Assembly: GCA_013265495.1 (NCBI GenBank)
Contig: MU058636.1
Span: 7,022,295-7,086,294 of the forward strand
Length of the DNA: 64,000 nucleotides
From: Vicugna vicugna
Lineage: Eukaryota
Direction: 5' to 3'
Position 1 is the stretch's first letter. Every line of letters starts with the position of its first letter. The notes under the pieces were generated by a model that had not been told where the DNA came from, searched no databases, and saw only the letters and a program-made list of their open reading frames with translations. Position numbers and translations under genes: made by a program. Positions 27,401 to 40,920 of the stretch are shown in pieces.

Positions 27401-28389
27401 TCCCTTCTTATCAAAAACCACATAATCAGTGTTACCTCTTGAATGTTCTGAAGCCACAACAGAAATCCAGCAGACTATTTTTTCTTTTAGTCTGTAGCAG
27501 CTTTCGTTATTAGATGTACCTTTAAAAAACTAAGATTATAAAATATCAAGATACGTTTTCCCATGCATTGCCCCCAAAATTGCTCTTTTAAATTTAAAGA
27601 CTCACATTAAGTGATGAAACATTTCCAAATCCGTCAGACTGTTGTTTTGATCATCCTGAGATCATTAGGTTAAGGAAACTATACATTTTATAATCAAGTT
27701 TAACTGTTCCTCCCATTTTCTAAGCACATTTCCCTTTCACCTATTTTTCTTAGATAATAATAAACATATTTCCTTTTATCAAATGAAGGCATAAGTGATT
27801 GAAAATTTTAAATACTATGTCTTCACTTACGTTTTCGTCTGTTCCTTGTAACTTCTCACTTAGCCAGTTATTCCAAAGTACACTTTACATCACACACAGT
27901 AAGATGCAACTATAATACAGCAACCACTATCCTGGTTGCAGAATAGTAACACAGGTGTTTTGCTGGAATCTAAGAAACCTTTGGGGACGTGAACTCCCTT
28001 CTGATTATAATTGACTCCGGCTGCAGAGTTACCCTTAAATGTTGCTGAAACGTTAAAAATATACTATATTTCTGTGTACTGAGCTGGTAGGAAAATCCTA
28101 TGATCAAATTACAAGCTGAAATATATACCCAATGGAGATACCCAAAGTCCCTTTCCATGCTTTAAACTCTCTTTGGACAGATAATGCCAAATATCTCCCA
28201 GTCCTGTCTTCTCTCTGTGGCTCCATATTCTTAGCTGCCTGCTCTGCTCAAGAGCCCTCTCTGGATGCTTTACTTACCCCAAACCAAACTTACCATTTTC
28301 CTTTTCTTCCTAAATTTTCTCTTAACTTCCTGACCTTAAAAGAAACCATTCTTCTTCTTAATCACTTAGGTCTTGTTGCCAATTTGAAT

Positions 28390-28670
28390 TAGTTTGCCAT
28401 TTTTGGATCTGACGTTAAAAGCCTCCCCTGTCTTTTTAGGCTGCTGAATTCTATCCCCCACTCCCTCTCCATCTTTTGCACTTCAGCCATTCTTCAAGGC
28501 CCATATCAAATACCATCTTTAAAAGGAAATTTCTCCCAAACCCATCAAATGTATGTATTTCTCTCTTCTTTCAGTCTCCAAACTCTTAATTTGTACCCAG
28601 GTTTTCCTGGCGCCAAAGCTGATGAAACCTAACAAGAAGCTGAATAAATATTTGTTGAATTGAATTAAAT
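28390..28670 (+). mobile_element. L2 3' fragment
   Basis: cattcttcaaggcccatatcaaataccatct...aataaatatttgttgaattgaatt (L2 tail). Confidence 0.6.
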
Positions 28671-29109
28671 CAAATTCTCTAACAATCTCAATCAAGTATT
28701 TTTAATTTATATCATTTTTCCTTAGACAGGACTGGGCTTTGACTTTTCCATGCCAAAATTTAATGTTAACCTTTTGATTATTTATTGAACATTTCAGAGC
28801 ATTTTTTCTTACTTAGTTTACATTTGTCCATTCCAGTTCGTTATCAGAGAGTCACCATTCGTGGACCTGCTCTTACTGTGTGCCTTTCGTGAACCAGGCC
28901 CTTTGTTCTGTCCTGGGTATAAAGAAGCGAACAGGTCCCTGCCTTCATGAAGTTGCCTGTGTGGTTGGCTGGGAGGATAGTGCTCTTGTCAAATGACATT
29001 TAAATCAAATGTATTAAACACGTCAGCATTCTCTTACAGTTATATTTATGGTGTATAAGGAAAGAGAGAAATATAAGAGAGCACTTTATTATGTTATATT
29101 TATTTATTT

Positions 29110-29275
29110 CTCGTAACAACCAGTATTACTTAACCCCCATTTTACAGACGTGAAAACAGACCCTTAGAGTCCAAACTACTTGCTCCAAAGCACAAAAGCA
29201 GTAAAGTGACAGAGCCAGGAGTGGAGCTGAAGTTTATTTAATGCCCAAGTCCAGACTTTCCACTGTGCCACGTGG
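29110..29275 (-). mobile_element. MIR SINE
   Basis: ccccattttacagacgtgaaaacagac...gtaaagtgacagagccagga...ctttccactgtgccac. Confidence 0.8.
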
Positions 29276-31634
29276 CTCTACATGTCCTTGACTTAGCGAG
29301 AGAGATGCTATAGGACAGGCCATCTTAACTTTGACTTATGTGTTTATCCAGTCGCCTCAGTTTAGAGAGGGTGGGAAGCATTAGTCATAATTACGCCAGA
29401 TGGTGGGTAGAATAGTATTACTTACTAAGCTTACAGAAAGCACATCCCTGTGGTTTTAGGAGAGGAATGAGAACAACATACTACTTTCATGCACAGATGC
29501 CCAAGCAGGGTGAGCACACGTGGTTCCCCTGCTTGATAGTGCTAGTCACGTGATTCCAACTACTGATGTAATTTGAGTCAGGGAGAATGCATCCTGTATC
29601 CTGCATCTGGGTGGGGATGTTGTGGGATGGCCCACGGAGCCTGACACTTTCCACTACACATGCTGCCACTCGAAAGATTCTAAGAGAGCAATTCTTCAGT
29701 AACCATTGGCCCAAATCAAGCATAGGAGATGATAAAAGAAGGAGAATTAGCTCCTGTCTCACTTGTACAATGAGCAGGTTTTGATGACTGTGGAGATGGG
29801 AACGAACATCAACAGATTAAGCAGTGCAGCTCTACTATAGCCTCTCAAACTGCCTGGATTTATTTTCCTTTCTTTTTAAATTCAAAGTTCCCTTAACTAT
29901 CAGAGCTTCTTTTGTCTTTTCTTATAAGCTGTTTTTGAATCCAGTCTTTTGGGGGGAGGGGAAGAAATGTTGACATTTTCTCATGGTCTCACATTACCCA
30001 AATTTCAAAATTCTTGTCGACTTACTAGCACACAGAATGACGCTCCTCAGTATCAGATATGTTAAGATTTTAGTTTTAGTCAACTGTTTGCACTTACGAG
30101 ATTAGTTTATATTTCAATGTGTAATCTCTTAAAGGTAGGATCACTCACGTCTCTTTAATCAGCTTTATTTAGTGCCCATCACAGTGGCCTTCCCAAATAT
30201 TTATATAGGAGAGCTTTTGATAATGATGTTATCTCACTGAACTTTCAGATTTCCTAGGCATCCATGAATGAAATGTTAGTTTCATTTATTTTGAAAGATA
30301 AGTTCAGCCTTTTAAATAGCACTCAGTATAATGCAGACAGGAGTCCATGTGCTTCAGGGAGGAAGCGAAGAGCTTGACATAATCTGCTGGTTTGGCTGGG
30401 TAGACGGCAAGCCTCGGGTGCCTCACAGTGATACAGTCGCTGTGTATAGCAGTGTTCCAGTGGCTAAATCACCATGCATTATGGTGCTTCAGTGGTAAAA
30501 ATGCAGCAGGTAGCATGTCTCTCCTTATAACAGTGAGACTGGAACATTTTGTCCCCTTAGCTCTGGTGACACTGAGGACAGGGAGTTTTAATAGAATAAG
30601 GTAGGAAGAGGTAGGAAGGAAAGATGTGCCAATGGTGACAATAAGGAGGAGTAAGTGAGCACATCTGGGTTTGTAAGAGCGCAGTGCCAGTCAGCCTGGG
30701 ACATCCTAACAGGACTCGCAGGGACACCGACCAAATGACCAGCTGCCTCTTTTTCCCCTGACAGCTCGAGAACTGGCTGCCCCTTTTCCAATACTATTGT
30801 CTGTCACTTTCACCCTAGTTTTCTTTCCTTTTTGACCCCAGAGAGGCAAAGAACACAGTCTTCCTACTTCCCACAATTCCCCTCTTCCTTAAACCAGAGT
30901 AAAGTCCATTGGAAGTTTCTAAGTGTTTTCATTACTTCAGTTGGAGAGCTTGCTCTTGAAACTCATGATTTATTTATGACACACCATAAACTCAACTTCT
31001 TTTCTGACAATTTTTCCTGATGAGACTTCTGTTGAGGAGAGATCCTTTTGTTTATTTCCTCACGTCTCTGCTTTGTCCATAGAGAAGAAGCTACTGCTTA
31101 AGCTTTAGTTGTTCTTCCCACGGGAAAGGAATTTCTACTCTGATTTTCCAGAATTTGAAGTATTCATTGGCCCATAAAAATCCACTGTTGGTAGGGGCAG
31201 TATAACGTTAAATTGTCAGTGCTCCCAGGAGGTGAACGAATCTGGACAGAACTGATCCCGCAAGGTAGGCGTGCCAGCCTGTTTTCTTCTGTAGAATCAT
31301 CACATTGAATTAGGTCCCTATTGAAGCCCAGCCACTTTCCCCCACAGGGGTATCCAGGTATGTATTCCCCCAAAGCTGTCTTCACGCTGGGTAGTAGAGG
31401 CCTTGTTTTATCTTCAAATCCACGCTAAATTCTTCAGTCCAACTCTTGTCAGAATAGCCGAGCAACGAGAGAGGATACTGTTTTTTAAAGTTCTTAGTTT
31501 TGCATCTGATTGTTATCATTTGGTTGTGTATTTTCTTAGTTGAGAACCCTGCGGGGGAAAATGGGATACAATGGAGTTTCAGCAGCAGGTGCTGCCCTCA
31601 AGTTCTAAACCTGCAGCTTTTATTGCCACAGGTC

Positions 31635-32110
31635 TGGACTTTCAGGAATCACTTGGTTGCAAGAAATCGAACTCCAGCTAGCTCAATCTGAAAGACCATT
31701 CATTTTAAGCCATTAGGGGTAGTTCATAGAATCCAGTGACAGGAACAACTGGAACTCAACAAGTGACTCAGACCTGAGAATTGGAAAACCTAAAATTTCT
31801 AGAATTGCAAAGTCTTGATTTCTCCCTTTCTTGGCCATATGGTCTCTTGTCGCTGCTCTGCTTCATCATTGTTTCTCTCTACAGATTAGATTTCCCTGAA
31901 TCTCTCTGCTCCAAACCCAAAAGTAGCCACTCTGGCTCCCTACAATTCAGTGCCACTCCAATACCAGCTAGAATTTCAGTTTCAAATTTCAAAGAGAGGG
32001 AATATGATTGGCTAGCGCCTGCAACAGGTGTTCACCCTGGTCTTAATCAGCCGTTATGAAGGAGAAGGGGGTGCACCCATAGACATCATTTGCAGGGTAC
32101 ACCCCTGAGA
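31635..32110. mobile_element. MaLR solo LTR (MLT1-type), degraded
   Basis: cttggttgcaagaaatcgaactccagcta...gagagggaatatgattggcta...caggtgttcaccctggtcttaatcagc. Confidence 0.55.
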
Positions 32111-32239
32111 ATAGGGGGAACTTCTCAGAGAAAAGGGAGACGTTTGGGACATAACACTCCAAAACGTCTCTCTCTTTTAACTATTTTGTTGCTTCCTTCC
32201 CTCGGTATCCTATACAGGAGGAAAGAAGGGACACCCTCT

Positions 32240-33200
32240 TAATTTGGAGGACGACAGGAAGATTCCCAAATGTGAACCAGTCAACAGGAGGTCAGACAGA
32301 GCAGGACATTCTGTACAGATAGAAGGAACAGGATGCGTAGGGGGCTCTGAGGCCACAAAGCTTCAGTGGAGCGCGGGAAGCGGGGGCCTGCGGGGAACCT
32401 GGAGAAGGAAGCTGACATCCAGCGGCAGCAGAGTCATGGGATGTCAGCCGTGCCAGGGGTGGGGGCCAGGACAGCCTGGAGGCTGCAGCGTTGCTAAGGC
32501 TACATTAGAACAGATGAGAGATCCAGTGAAGAGACTTGCATCAGGCCAGGTGAGGGCTTGAGCCCTGGAAATGGAGAGGAAAGGGCAAGTTTGAAATGTA
32601 TTTTGGAGCTAGAATCAAGATTCAGCCACCAGTTGGAGATAGGGAGTGAAGTAGCAAGAAGGTTTACAGTAAGTCCCAAAGTTTCAGCTTTCTTTGCTTC
32701 ATGAGTAGTGGTGCCACTCCCCATAATAATGGACATTTACCACTGCCATCGTAACCACTGGCTCTGAGTAATTACGTTACTCAGAAGCACTGTGCTGAAG
32801 ACCTTCCTGTTCATTGTTTTATTTAATCATCATAACGTCACTATGAATTTTATATTATTTTCATTATTTTATAGATAAGAAATACAAGCCCTCAAGAATT
32901 TAGATACTTTGCATGTACTCACATAACTCATAAAGTGCAAAGTTAATTTTCACACCCATTTCTTTCTGACTTCAGAATGATCGAGCACTTAAGTTTACTT
33001 TCCTTAAGAAAGATCAAGTATTAAGGAAAACCTAATTTTCATTTTGGACATATTGCATTGAGTTTCCTGTTAGCCAGTTCGCTGAAGAGGGCTAGTGGAC
33101 GGTGGGCGATGGGTCTGTGACTTAACGGAAGGTCTGGGCTGGCCCCTCAGATTGGAGAGATGGTCGCTTTAAGTGGGAACTGTGCAGGTGGAGGAAATCC
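32240..33200 (-). mobile_element. L2 fragment interrupted by a MIR (~32750-32980)
   Basis: ggaaatggagaggaaagggcaagtttgaaatgtattttggag...ttcattttggacatattgcattgagtttcctgt; MIR motif attttatagataagaaatacaagccctcaag. Confidence 0.65.
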
Positions 33201-34959
33201 CTCCAGACGTGGAAACCCAGTTAGGTACTATCCAAAGCAGACACTGGCCTCTCCTTGGAGCTGCTTAACATTGTAAAATAGAAATTATTTTAAAATACAT
33301 ACAGTTTTTCAGAGTATTCATTTTTAACTTTAAGCGTCTTTCTGTACCCATTGTTACAGCTCTACTTTTTAGATTTGTATACTTTTTCCCTCTTTTTAAA
33401 AGATATTTACCAGTGATTTGTCTTTATTTGTCTTTTCATAGAATCATTTTCTTAAGACTTTCAAAATTTTTCATTTTTAACTTATTTTATTTTTATTTTA
33501 ACATTTCCTTCCTTCTGCTTGTTTTCCTTTGAAATGTTCTTTCTTTAAGATTTAAACTGAATGCTCGATTCATGCATTTTCTTTTTCTTTTTTGGTAGAT
33601 GAAAACATGTAAAACTATAAACCTAAATCACCAGTATGTTTTCATCACATTCCATGGTCATGTTTTAATATTTGTTGTTTCCTAAATGATCTGTTTCTGG
33701 GCTCATTCCTGAAAGAGTGACAGTCACCCAGATGAACCTGACTGGTGGGATGTCTTTGGGGATAAGCTCTTTCCCTGGGGCACCGGAAGAAGGAGAACAG
33801 GGAGCCCCACTTGCTCCCTGCAGGTCCGCAACCCAGTTGCCCAGCCACCTCAGAATCCATGAGGAGGAACTGTGCTAGAGGTTAGAAAAGAGAGAAAGAT
33901 CCTTCTTCTTGTGAATATGCTCCAAAGGAACAAATCAAATCCTTTGGATATGTTCCAAAGAACTAGTCAGCAATGAACAATGTAATGTGAGTGAGGAAAG
34001 GGGTACATTGAGCGCCCCCAAAGCCCTTCCCTTCCCTTTCCCGTCTCCTATTACTCACTTCCTCCCACTGTCTCAAATGCCTAGTAGTATTTCCTATAAA
34101 CTCCATTTATTGGACCATTCTCAACGTGCTAAATTCATAGATTATTTATTCCAGTTAAATTCTGTATCAGGTGCTATGTCATTGAACAATATTGTCATTT
34201 TTTAATTCTTTTATTTCAACCTGGTGCATTACACTGAGTTTGTCATACATAGCCAGCAAACCCAATAAAGCTAAATATTTTCAAAGGAAAACACAAATGC
34301 CATAATACCTCACTTGGATTTTATTTTATATTATTAAAAATAGCATTAATTAGTGTACGTAAATGTGATTTTTATAATTAAAATTATTGATTTATATGTC
34401 ATAGAAAAGTGTAAAACAACTCCCTTGCTTATAAAGGTTTGTTTACACAATATTAGAGTTTAAACTGTAGGCACATGTCTGGAGGTTCCTAGTCAGCATG
34501 CAAGGTAAGATTTTCGGAACAGCCTACCTGGATGAATGATCAGGAGGGTTTTATCTAGACAGCATTTTAAAGGCAGAGTACAATGTATTGTGATCCTTGA
34601 TGTGCACTTGTTTTGTTATGTTTTGTTTTTTTATCTAGAGAACTAAAATTGATGTCATTTATTTAGAATTACGACAAATCGCAAAATTTATTCTTCTCTA
34701 TTTTTTTCATGTCCTACCATGTTTGAGAAGATATTTAAAGCAAATTAATGCTTATCAGAAATGAGTTACTGTCAAAGCCCATAAAATGTTACTGCTTAGT
34801 ATATTTACTTACTTTGCTTTAGTGCCTTGTATATCAGATCATCGAATGTTTACCAAGCTGTGCATTAATTGATTGCAGGAATCATTGGTAAAATTCCTGC
34901 ATTAATGAAACAAATGAACAAAGTTGCCCGCATTTATGGGAAAGTGTACTCTGTACGGG

Positions 34960-35160
34960 AGCTCTGAGACAAGGTATGTAGGTTCTAGTCTCAGCTCTGC
35001 CAGCGTTCAGGTTTTCTGTAACCTTGATGGAAGTAAGTCAACATCACCAAGTCTTTTCCTTCTCACTGGTAAAATGGGGACAAATATTCCGTCCCTACCC
35101 ATCACACAGTAACTTTGTGATAATTAAATAAAGTTGAATATTTGAAAATGGTTGGCGAAC
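34960..35160 (+). mobile_element. MIR SINE
   Basis: ggttctagtctcagctctgcca...ctgtaaccttga...tcactggtaaaatggggacaa. Confidence 0.75.
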
Positions 35161-36097
35161 CTATGGAGATATAGATATAACAGCATATATTCAGTACGTT
35201 TAATTTTATTAATATTTTAAATTATCTTATTATGAAATAGTCACATCGACAGAAAAAAATCAGAGTAACATAACCAATGCCATGTACCCAATGCCTAACT
35301 TTAACATACTATAAAATCCTGCCATGTTTGCTTCTGATCATTTTTATGAAATAAAACATTACAGACACAAGTTATACTCTACCATGGTTCCATTCTCTTC
35401 CCTCTTTCCCTAGAAATTTTGCATTATTTTATGGATACATTATAGTAATTTAATAATGTTCAATTTAGACCTCCTACTGAATTTTCACAGTTTTTCATAT
35501 AACCAACAATTTTACTCCAAGAATGAGTACACCCATTATGTTGGCTCTTAACAGAATGGCAGACCACGTATTTCCAGAAACACTGTCTAGTCATCATCAA
35601 GAAAACCTATAATCCGACTCTATTTGCCTTGTTTTGTTCTCTTTCTAGATGTTAGTTGATGCCAAAAAGACATAAAGAAGGCATTCTTTGAAGTGTATTT
35701 ACACAAAGATAGTTCATTGAAAATACTGATTTTTCATCTTTTCTTTGGGATAGATAAACTAAGAACAGAAGCAATTTCACAACTTGATTAAAGTTGCAGT
35801 TGTAAGCAAATATGGATGACAAATATGAATATTTACTGTAATGGGAATAAGGTTAATATTTTAAAACAAGGTTGACAGGAGAAAAATTGTCTTAGTTTGC
35901 AAAAAGGAAATTTGTTTCTTCAAGTGAAAATTGAGGTCAGTAGGCCATAGCTCTCCTTACTCCTGCATGACTGAAATGAATTAAATAATGTACCAAGAAA
36001 GCAGTACTGTGCAAGCTAATGACAAAATTATACATGAAAGCTTAAGTGAAATTATATGGTAGAAACATGTATATGTATAAGAAAATAGGAAATTTTA

Positions 36098-36210
36098 GTA
36101 TTTGGGGCAGGAGGTGATTAGCTTTAATTAATATTTTTTAATGGAGGTACTGGGGGTTGAACCCAGGACTGTGAGCACACTGTACCGCTGAATTATACCT
36201 TCCTCCCACC
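36098..36210 (-). mobile_element. Vic-1-type camelid tRNA-derived SINE (small internal deletion), 17-bp TSD
   Basis: atggaggtactgggggttgaacccaggac...accgctgaattatacc; TSD GAAAATA(G/T)GAAATTTTA at 36081-36097 and 36211-36227. Confidence 0.9.
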
Positions 36211-36559
36211 GAAAATATGAAATTTTAAATGCTTGTGCACTTCACCTCAATTATCTTAGGATAGAGAAACTAGGTTCCTATTCTCTCCTGTTCATTTAGG
36301 TTCTCAAGGTCCTTTTGGGGGAGCAGGAGTGGTAACCAGGATTTGGACATATTCCCGTCTTGGTTGCTGCATTCTGTTTACTGACCTTGATTTCAGTGTG
36401 CCTGGGTTATTATGAAAGACTTGTTCTTTGTACAGTAGAAGCAATATCCAGCCCCGTATGATCTCCAGAGGGAGTATTATTTGGCTGGGTGTAAATCTAA
36501 CTTTGAATTGTCTGATCTTTGGATTCTCTTGGGTGAAATGTGGTAGTAACTTGGCTAAT

Positions 36560-36725
36560 CATGTACTGTGTTCTCGACATTGGGCTAGATGCCCTGTGCC
36601 CGCTGTTTAATCCACGACAACCCTGTGAGGCAGACACCATTTTCACCATTTTATAGACGAGGAAACTGGCTCAGAGAGGTTACTTAAGTTGACCAAATTG
36701 ACCAAACTAGTAAGTGGCAGCTAGT
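36560..36725 (-). mobile_element. MIR SINE
   Basis: acaaccctgtgaggcag...ccattttatagacgaggaaactggctcagagaggtta. Confidence 0.88.
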
Positions 36726-37099
36726 ATATGCAACTCCATATTTTTAGTAGTGACATTTTCAGTAATATATTTCAAATATATTTGGTGTAATATTGCTACC
36801 ATTTATATTGAATCTGGCAACTTGTGATTTTAAAAATAAGTGGGAGTCTACTTTTGGCCATGAGAGTGAGTAACACTTTCAGCCTGTTCTGTGCATTTAT
36901 ATACTAACAAACACACAAAGAACCTTGTATTTGGCTTTTTTGGTTTCAGTGCCAATACCTGCAGTCACCCTATGGAAAATGTGAGTGAAAAAACATTACT
37001 GAGTGTTAAAGTATATTTTATTATAGAATCATTTATTTTTATGTGTGCATATCATGAACAAAGTGTTGACGTACACATTTTATGTGTAACTTTGAATAG

Positions 37100-37930
37100 T
37101 CACGTGTAAAGTGTACATAATTATATGATGATCTACCTCCTGCTGAAACAGCCACCCAATTCACAGAAATTAATCAGAGTGTGATTTTTATCACAGCTCT
37201 TCACTTTTTAGTCCCTGGTGTCAAGTTACATAATTTAAACACAATCAAGTCGTAATGCCCTCACTGGGTCGCGTTTATTCATAACGGCGCTTTTCCCCAA
37301 CAGCTCACATGCAGTAAGTAGTCTCACTGCCATGTGGAGATGCTAGTTTCATCCTATACTCTCTTCACACAGATTAGGCCTCAAAACACAAAAATGAAAA
37401 CCAGCACTACCGCTACCTGATGATCCTTCCAAGAAAATTCTTTGAAGATAACTGATGATGAAACCAATACACTGAGCTGAAACCAGTGCTGAATTTCCGC
37501 TGTGATACAGCTTACATGTGGAAGGAGACAGAGATTGTCTTACTTCCCTTTTCTGTGTCCATATTATCAAAGCAACCTTCATATTTGTTTGTAATGATGA
37601 CATTTACGCTGCGTCGCATTAAAATGGAGAAACACGGATTGCGTCTGTTAGATTCCTTTTAATTACTGTGTAAAAATGATATGTAATTGAAACAAAAAGC
37701 ACTGTTTCCAGCTCTAATTTTTTTCTTCCTCAAGTCCATCCTGTCAAGCTGAAAGCGTGAAAGTTATTTTCTGGTGGTGTGATTAGATTGGGGCTGAACT
37801 CTCCAGCTGGCAGGCCTGTCTATGACTGGCGGCGGCCTGTCCCCAGTGCTTGTCATTTCCTGACATGCCTGACAGGATGGGGACAGCCGCCCCAGACAGG
37901 TTCATTAGATGGTGTTTTCTACAGCTGGGC

Positions 37931-37971
<41 letters not shown>

Positions 37972-39350
37972 ACCCGTGCTTTGTCCAGGCCCAAGCTGAA
38001 GGGGCCCTTCTTGTTGGTTTAAACCAGGGCCTTGTTCTGACAAATTTTGATCTGTGCAGTTTTTAGATTTTCTGACACATTTTTGTTTCCTTCCCCCTTG
38101 GCCTGCACTATGTGCCCTCTGCCTTTGTTGCTGCTGCTTCGAAATCCTAACAAAGTCCTCCCAATAGAAAAAGAACCACAGGTACTGAGATCTGAAAAGC
38201 AAAAGCGCAGCGCAGTCCTCTGTACAATAGCGATAGTTGGTTTATTTCCGTGGCAACTGCACACTGGTTGGAAAAGCAACCTTGGGACTTGCAATAAGCC
38301 AATTACAAGAAAGGTTAAGAGTTTTTCTAGTGCCAGAAACAAGCCATCTACATGAGAACACAGCATCATTACCAGCAGTCTACACACTCACAGACACCGC
38401 TCTGCGAAACAGCCAGGAATGTAAGCTGTCTTCATTCTCGGAGTTCTAGGGAGCTGACAGAGTGCTCGCCCTGTGCTGTTAGGCATTGATGTCAGAAAGA
38501 GAAATGATAGGCGATTATAGAATACCAGCTGATTAAAGCCAGAAATAATTCCAAAATCAAATTCAGAAATATGTTTCTTTGTCAATGATCGGGCCCCTTT
38601 TAAAGGTAACTGGATTTGCCAGAAATTGGTGTACATTTGAAACATACATGCCTACAGGTCATGATTTATCATTTTCAACCCCAAATTTAAACTTTGAAAA
38701 CTGTGTTTTTGGAAAAGAAATAAAAAATCCTTAGCCAAGAAATTATTCTTTCTGGGTTGTACCTACAATTAAAAAGTACATACTGACATCTTTACTTTGT
38801 AGACTTGCTGGCCATGGTCTCTTTACTCTCATATTGTCTGATAGCTGCTTTCCATTGGGAGAAACAATTAGTCTTAATTTTTAGTAAGTATAACACGCCC
38901 AGGTAGAAAACATTTGGCCGTATATGTTGACGTAATCTTAGTGCTCCCATCCCCATGCAAGACACAAAATGTAATACTATTTGTGTGTCTTGTACTTTGT
39001 CGTTGGTGTTAATAAACAGTGTTGCTGAAAACAAGAGCAAGCTCCTCATTCACAGAAATCTTAGCCCTTACCTTTCCTTTGTATTGTTAGTTTCTGCTGC
39101 TTTAGTTCCCCGTCTCTATGACAACTGTTTAAATTGGGATGGGCAACTGTCATCTGGAGTATTACTGAGAGAAAAGTGTTAGTGAGCACACAGTTCCCAT
39201 AGATAGAGCATTTCAATATAATCCAATTTTAATTGAGCTCCTGAGACTTTGATGTGCTGCAGAAGGTTGGGAGAGAGCTATTCCAGGGAGAAATTAAAGC
39301 AGCCCAGCAAGGCTTCACCACTCCAGACTGTCACCATTTTAAGTAAGCAT
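37100..39350. promoter_or_regulatory. Strongest putative conserved enhancer block (likely MAB21L1 regulatory landscape)
   Basis: About 3.5 kb with no recognisable transposon; retained CpGs (gggtcgcg, acggcgc, acgctgcgtcgc); TGACAG/CTGTCA at 37741, 37870, 38455; many TAAT cores; TGATTTAT near 38662. Confidence 0.55.
37937..37972 (+). repeat. (TAAA)9 microsatellite
   Basis: Read directly. Confidence 0.95.
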
Positions 39351-40579
39351 TAGCATCAGACTTAACCTGCCCCTATGGAACATCTCACTTCTTTTTTCAG
39401 CCTTTCGCTGATTTATTTTGCCTTGTGTAAAAGCAGAGCACTTTCATCTTTTTATATATGTTTTTACACCCATTTGATTAGGCTTGAAAAGCTTGTACTG
39501 GACCTGAGATTCATCCTAATGCTGTCTGTTGGACTTTGCTTCTGCGGTTCAGAAAAGAAAAAGAAAGTAGAGGACGGATTAGTTTGAAATTGTCAGCTAT
39601 CGTATATTAAACTTCCTTTTTAATATTACTTTGTAAAACCGTATCTTGGAGCTAAAAAGTTGAACGAAATGTAATTTTTATTTAGCTTTGATTTACCACC
39701 GAATTTCATTTTAATACTCAGTTGCTCAGGTATTTCTTAGAGGTCAGAATTTTTATTTCATAATGTATTAAAATGTGAAAAATACCTTTCAGGCAAAGCC
39801 AGTTTAAAGCAGCTGAACACAGGCACATCAATCCTTAGGGGAGAATGCATTAATCTTTTTTTTTTTAATGGGGAAGAAAATAGGTATTTTTTCATGCATA
39901 TCCAAAGACCTTTTAAATACATTGAAGTATAATGTTAAACATACATCAGGTATTTTACTACTAATAAAAATGAAATAAAAACACAATGTTTATTAAAGTA
40001 ATTAAGTGAACACCAAGTATAATGCTTATGGATATCTCTGCTTTGTTATAGATGTGGTGAACTCAGGGAAGTTATTACGTGTTTAGGATATATCTGAGAT
40101 TTCTCATTTGTATTGGCACATTTTAAAAAAGAAATCAAAAATACATATTGAGAAATTAAGTAAAATTATGATAATAATTAAATATTAGTTTGAGGACATG
40201 CGTCATCATAGATACACCTAGATTTACTTGTAGGTTTACTGGAATCTACAAGCCAACGAAGCTTCAGCATTAGGGCCCCTTCCTCCACAGGGCCTTGTGA
40301 GAAATCAGAGCTGCCAAGATTTGTATGATGGCCTCACTTTACCCAACTGCCTTAACAGACCTCATGGGGAAAAAAAACAAAAACAAAAACTAAGTTTCTA
40401 ACTTGTCAGTATCTGTCGTCATTTTATTCTCATTCTAAATAATTATTCATTTACATAGATAATTGTTATTTGTAACTTTGTATTCTTTTTCTTTAAAAAA
40501 GGCATTCCAAATAATGTAAGCTTATTCCATACTTTATTTAATTTACTTTATTAAATTAGCACCTTGCCCCTCCCTCCCA

Positions 40580-40920
40580 CTGATGGACATTTTCTTCCAT
40601 TCTTTTGTTGTTAAAAGCAACGCCACAATGAATAATCTCTACATACTTCACCTTGCTTTCCCAGGAGTATATCCACAGGATAAATTACTAGAAATGAAAT
40701 GGCTGGGTCAAAGGGCATATGTGTTTAAAATTTTTGATAGATAATGACAAAATTTCCTTGATAAAAGTTATACTAACCTGCACTCCACCAGCAATATAGT
40801 GATTACCTGTTTTCCTCACAGCAAACTCAGTATTATTAAACTTCTAGATTTTTACCAATCTCATGGATAAAAATAATATCTTCATATAGTTTTAGTTCTG
40901 TTCTGGGTGAAGTTAATCAT
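40580..40920 (-). mobile_element. Ancient L1 (L1ME-type) fragment
   Basis: caggataaattactagaaatgaaatggctgggtcaaagggcatatgtgtttaaaattttt. Confidence 0.8.
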
